Positions 1-5,550 of a stretch of 5,550 bases of DNA are shown here, piece after piece. The stretch lies in IMG/VR virus record IMGVR_UViG_2534682095_000012; one strand, given 5' to 3'. Source of the stretch: a virus (Duplodnaviria > Heunggongvirae > Uroviricota > Caudoviricetes). The notes under the pieces are model-generated. The model was not told the DNA's origin. It did not search any database and saw only the letters and a program-made list of their open reading frames with translations. Numbering within the stretch: the stretch's first letter is position 1; each line of letters opens with the position of its first letter. The translations under genes and the position numbers were made by a program.

Positions 1-38
1 ATAAAGTTTACGCATAATTACCTCTCGCTTCTCTGCAA

Positions 39-64
39 TAAAAAAGGCGTCATTTCTGACGCCC
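39..64 (-). terminator. Rho-independent terminator immediately downstream of J
   Basis: On the minus strand a 7-bp GC-rich stem (plus 46-52 GGCGTCA pairing with 57-63 TGACGCC) with a 4-nt loop is followed by a T6 tract (plus-strand A run 40-45). It lies about 18 nt after the J stop codon (82-84). On the plus strand the hairpin is preceded, not followed, by the A run, so it is oriented for minus-strand transcription. Confidence 0.65.
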
Positions 65-81
65 GTTATGGGTTATAAAAT

Positions 82-3435
<3,354 letters not shown>

Positions 3436-3449
3436 TCCTCACACTCCAT

Positions 3450-3477
3450 AAACAACAAAGCCGCCCAAAAGGCGGCT
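3450..3477 (-). terminator. Candidate intrinsic terminator after the lipoprotein gene, upstream of J
   Basis: The minus strand reads GCCGCC-TTTTG-GGCGGC (plus arms 3460-3465 and 3471-3476, extendable to 7 bp by a flanking A:T pair), followed by TTTGTTGTTT. It sits between the lipoprotein stop (3502-3504) and the J ribosome-binding site. Confidence 0.55.
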
Positions 3478-3501
3478 CATGAGTTACGACAGGATTAACT
3501 A

Positions 3502-3840
3502 TTATTTACATGCATTAACACTATCAGCAAAAATTTTTGGCGTTAATGCTGGTACACGTTCATAAAGAGTAAAACTACTGCCATTTCCTGCTTTTTTGAT
3601 ATCAAGCACAACATCATATCCCCCCATAGCCTGTGGAACTAAAAGGCTTACCCCATTCTCAATAGGAAGGGATGTTATAGGTGTTCCATTACCAGCCCAT
3701 TGTCTGGATATGCAGCCTGACAATTCATCAATATTTTTTAATGAATTACCTTCCATTACAGGTTTTCCGGATTTTACGTAATCCAAAGATTTACATCCTG
3801 TTAAGGCAATAATCGTGCAGAATAAAATCGTTTTGTTCAT
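3502..3840 (-). CDS. Small secreted lipoprotein (112-aa precursor) encoded in an AT-rich insertion between tail genes I and J; function unknown
   Basis: This is the ORF-track entry 3502..3852; I place the start at the ATG at 3838-3840 (MNKTILFCTIIALTGC...) rather than the upstream TTG. The N-terminus has a basic n-region (MNK), a hydrophobic core (TILFCTIIAL) and a lipobox L-T-G-C, so the mature protein would begin at the acylated Cys. The +2 residue is Lys, not Asp, which by the Lol sorting rule suggests the outer membrane. Two further Cys residues (SGCIS, NACK) could form a disulfide. A hand count of 3501-3560 gives about 32% GC, against about 65% in J at 1561-1620. No strong Shine-Dalgarno sequence is visible. 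Confidence 0.7.
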   Translation of the reverse strand: MNKTILFCTIIALTGCKSLDYVKSGKPVMEGNSLKNIDELSGCISRQWAGNGTPITSLPIENGVSLLVPQAMGGYDVVLDIKKAGNGSSFTLYERVPALTPKIFADSVNACK

Positions 3841-3879
3841 ATAGCTAACCAATAGAATAATTATCAGTGTTCGATATAA

Positions 3880-3907
3880 ATATTAAATTAGTTAGAACAT
3901 GAGTAAA
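3880..3907 (-). promoter_or_regulatory. Candidate sigma70-type promoter for the lipoprotein gene
   Basis: In the AT-rich I-to-lipoprotein spacer the minus strand reads TTTACT (plus 3902-3907), a 16-nt spacer, then TAATAT (plus 3880-3885), about 40 nt upstream of the ATG at 3840. Both hexamers match consensus at 4 of 6 positions. AT-rich DNA gives many such matches, so this is weak; an alternative -10 is GATAAT nearer the start. Confidence 0.2.
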
Positions 3908-3913
3908 ATAATA

Positions 3914-4555
3914 TTACCGCCCAATTACCACAACCTGACCACCATCCCCTTCATCTGCCGTGCTGATCTCCTGAGATGCCACACGTGACCCCACGCGCAT
4001 TTCACCGTACAGAACAGGCAGGACATTGCCCTGGGCAACCATGTTATCCAGTGAGGAGAAATAGGTGTTCTGTTTGCCGTTATCCGTTGTCTGTGTACGG
4101 GGAGTTCTGGCTTTCGGTGCCAGCATCTGCGCCACACCACCAAGCGTCATCGCCGCACCCATTGAAAAGAGAATGTCACTGAAAGCGATACTGATCCCCG
4201 GCATCCAGATTGCCGTAGCAATCAACGCCGCACCCAGCACCGCCTGAAACACACCGCCACTTTTTGCTCCCGCAAGACGCGGCACGATGTGGATCACGGC
4301 ACCATTTGCCAGCGGCTCATTAAGACGGGATGATAATTCGGTTTCTCCTGCATCCCGCCCGGCAATCCGTACCTGATACCAGCCATCGCTCAGTTTCTGA
4401 CGAAACGCCGGGAGCTGTGTGGCCAGTGCCCGGATGGCTTCAGCCCCCGTTTTCACACGAAGGTCGATGCGGCGGCCAAATCGTTGCAAATCCCCGTAAA
4501 GGCAGATGCGTGCCATGCCCGGTGACGCCAGAGGGAGTGTGTGCGTCGCTGCCAT
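3914..4555 (-). CDS. I: Tail assembly protein I (lambda gpI family), 213 aa
   Basis: The ORF translation MAATHTLPLASPGMARICLYGDLQRFGRRIDLRVKTGAEAIRALATQLPAFRQKLSDGWYQVRIAGRD...QEISTADEGDGGQVVVIGR matches lambda gpI at both termini as I recall it, with a divergent, slightly shorter middle. The ATG at 4553-4555 is preceded by AGAGG, and the TAA stop is at 3914-3916. The 5' end overlaps the 3' end of K, as in lambda. Confidence 0.9.
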   Translation of the reverse strand: MAATHTLPLASPGMARICLYGDLQRFGRRIDLRVKTGAEAIRALATQLPAFRQKLSDGWYQVRIAGRDAGETELSSRLNEPLANGAVIHIVPRLAGAKSGGVFQAVLGAALIATAIWMPGISIAFSDILFSMGAAMTLGGVAQMLAPKARTPRTQTTDNGKQNTYFSSLDNMVAQGNVLPVLYGEMRVGSRVASQEISTADEGDGGQVVVIGR

Positions 4556-5196
4556 TTGTCGGTATACCTCTCTCGTTTACTCAGTTGTTCAGGAATATGG
4601 TGCAGCAGCTCGCCGTCACCACAGTAAATGGCGGCATGATTCGGCACCGATGAACCAAAACAGCACAGCAGCACATCGCCCGGTTGTGCTGATGACAACG
4701 GCACCTGATACAGCCCTGTGGCCTCCAGATTATCCAGATAGAGATTCTGACCGTGACGCCACCAGTCATCCCCGCGATGAAAATCCGGCATCTCAATCCC
4801 CGCCAGATGATAAGCATCCCGGAACAGCGTGTAACAGTCCGTCACCCCGTGCTCAAAGCGCCGCCCGGTGAGATGCGGCACACAGCGGAACTTATGAATC
4901 GCCCCCCGGCAGACCAGCCACCACGGCAAATCACTCTGCACCTGCAGCCGCCGGTCAGCCTCACTCAGCCAGGGCAGACCACCGGGGTGGCTGTGGACCA
5001 GCGCCACAATCTCACCCTGCATCTCTGCCTGCAGCCAGTCCTCCGGAGCCATCCGGAAATACGCCTCCGGCTCACCGGAGATATTCACGCAGGGGAAATA
5101 TCTTTCCCCCTCCGGCGTTCTCACCACGAAGCCGCACGACTCCGCTGGCGCACATCGCCGGGCGTGCGCCAGAATCGCTGATTCTGTCTCTGTCAT
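4453..5196 (-). CDS. K: Tail tip assembly protein K (lambda gpK family): N-terminal MPN/JAMM metalloprotease-like domain plus C-terminal NlpC/P60 cysteine peptidase-like domain, 247 aa
   Basis: Starting from the ATG at 5194-5196 (MTETESAILAHARRCAPAESCGFVV...) the ORF matches lambda gpK. A JAMM motif H-x-H-x7-S-x2-D is present (HSHPGGLPWLSEAD, residues 68-81, nt 4954-4995). The NlpC/P60 signature Cys is in TDCYTLF (Cys121) with a downstream His in PNHAAIY. The start is 5 nt after the L stop. An alternative internal start (ATG 5050-5052, preceded by GGAGG) would give the 199-aa form I believe is classically annotated for lambda K. The ORF-track extension up to 5271 overlaps L and is not used. 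Confidence 0.85.
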   Translation of the reverse strand: MTETESAILAHARRCAPAESCGFVVRTPEGERYFPCVNISGEPEAYFRMAPEDWLQAEMQGEIVALVHSHPGGLPWLSEADRRLQVQSDLPWWLVCRGAIHKFRCVPHLTGRRFEHGVTDCYTLFRDAYHLAGIEMPDFHRGDDWWRHGQNLYLDNLEATGLYQVPLSSAQPGDVLLCCFGSSVPNHAAIYCGDGELLHHIPEQLSKRERYTDKWQRRTHSLWRHRAWHASAFTGICNDLAAASTFV

Positions 5197-5200
5197 GGGA

Positions 5201-5550
5201 TTACTGCGAAAGTTTGTTAATGGAAAGGAAGCCGCCAAAGTTGCCGACGTTATTGCGAAACTTACAGCCACTCAGGCATTTGCTGCATTTATCCTTCGTG
5301 ATATCGGACGTCGGCTGGTCATATTCATCCGCGACAGCCGGACCGCTATAACCGCACTCGTCACCGCGATAGGTCCAGGTGCAGGTGTTGGCCAGCATGA
5401 TACGTCCCGGAAAAACAGCGCCATCCGTTTCCGTCGGCGTGGACAGTACAAAGGAGGCACTCACCGCGCTCAGTTCGCTGCACTGCTCGATGCGCCAGCG
5501 GCTGATCACCTCCTGCTCCGGATCGGCGTCTCTGTTTCCGTTGACGAAGT
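5201..5550 (-). CDS. L: Tail tip protein L (lambda gpL family), C-terminal part; 5' end lies beyond the window
   Basis: The minus-strand frame is open to the window edge. It translates as ...FVNGNRDADPEQEVISRWRIEQCSELSAVSASFVLSTPTETDGAVFPGRIMLANTCTWTYRGDECGYSGPAVADEYDQPTSDITKDKCSKCLSGCKFRNNVGNFGGFLSINKLSQ, matching the gpL C-terminus as I recall it, including the Cys-rich region. The TAA stop is at 5201-5203. The Met at 5509 in the ORF track is an internal GTG (Val) codon, not the true start. Confidence 0.85.
   Translation of the reverse strand, partial: FVNGNRDADPEQEVISRWRIEQCSELSAVSASFVLSTPTETDGAVFPGRIMLANTCTWTYRGDECGYSGPAVADEYDQPTSDITKDKCSKCLSGCKFRNNVGNFGGFLSINKLSQ

Noticed and set aside
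3841-3852. TTG start at 3852 for the lipoprotein ORF (MVSYMNKT...)
   Set aside because: The ATG at 3838-3840 gives a textbook signal peptide (MNK plus hydrophobic core plus LTGC). The four extra residues from a rare TTG start add nothing, and neither start has a strong Shine-Dalgarno sequence.
3925-4143. Minus-strand 72-aa ORF in an alternate frame inside I
   Set aside because: Fully nested in I in another frame; no independent support.
4330-5181. Plus-strand ORFs 4330..4653, 4506..4871 and 4753..5181, and minus-strand 4581..4817, inside I and K
   Set aside because: Antisense or alternate-frame shadow ORFs within well-supported I and K coding sequence; translations are compositionally biased and unrecognisable.
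5272-5460. Minus-strand 62-aa ORF in an alternate frame inside L
   Set aside because: Nested within the conserved L frame; Arg-rich spurious translation.

Overview
This window is the tail-tip module of a lambda-like (lambdoid) prophage or phage, encoded entirely on the minus strand and collinear with lambda L-K-I-J. The order, reading the minus strand 5' to 3', is: L (3' part, cut by the window edge), K, I (overlapping K by 103 bp), an AT-rich ~480 bp insertion carrying a small lipoprotein gene with its own candidate promoter and terminator, J (about 3.35 kb), and a strong intrinsic terminator. J reads cleanly at both ends but its frame is broken repeatedly across roughly 1790-2590. Its C-terminal receptor-binding region differs from the lambda J I recall, and has lower GC. 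The lipoprotein insertion between I and J is the most interesting feature and is a candidate superinfection-exclusion or surface-modifying gene. No tRNA, rRNA, CRISPR array, integrase or transposase signal was seen. All homology statements come from my recollection of lambda protein sequences and reading the supplied ORF translations, not from a database search.
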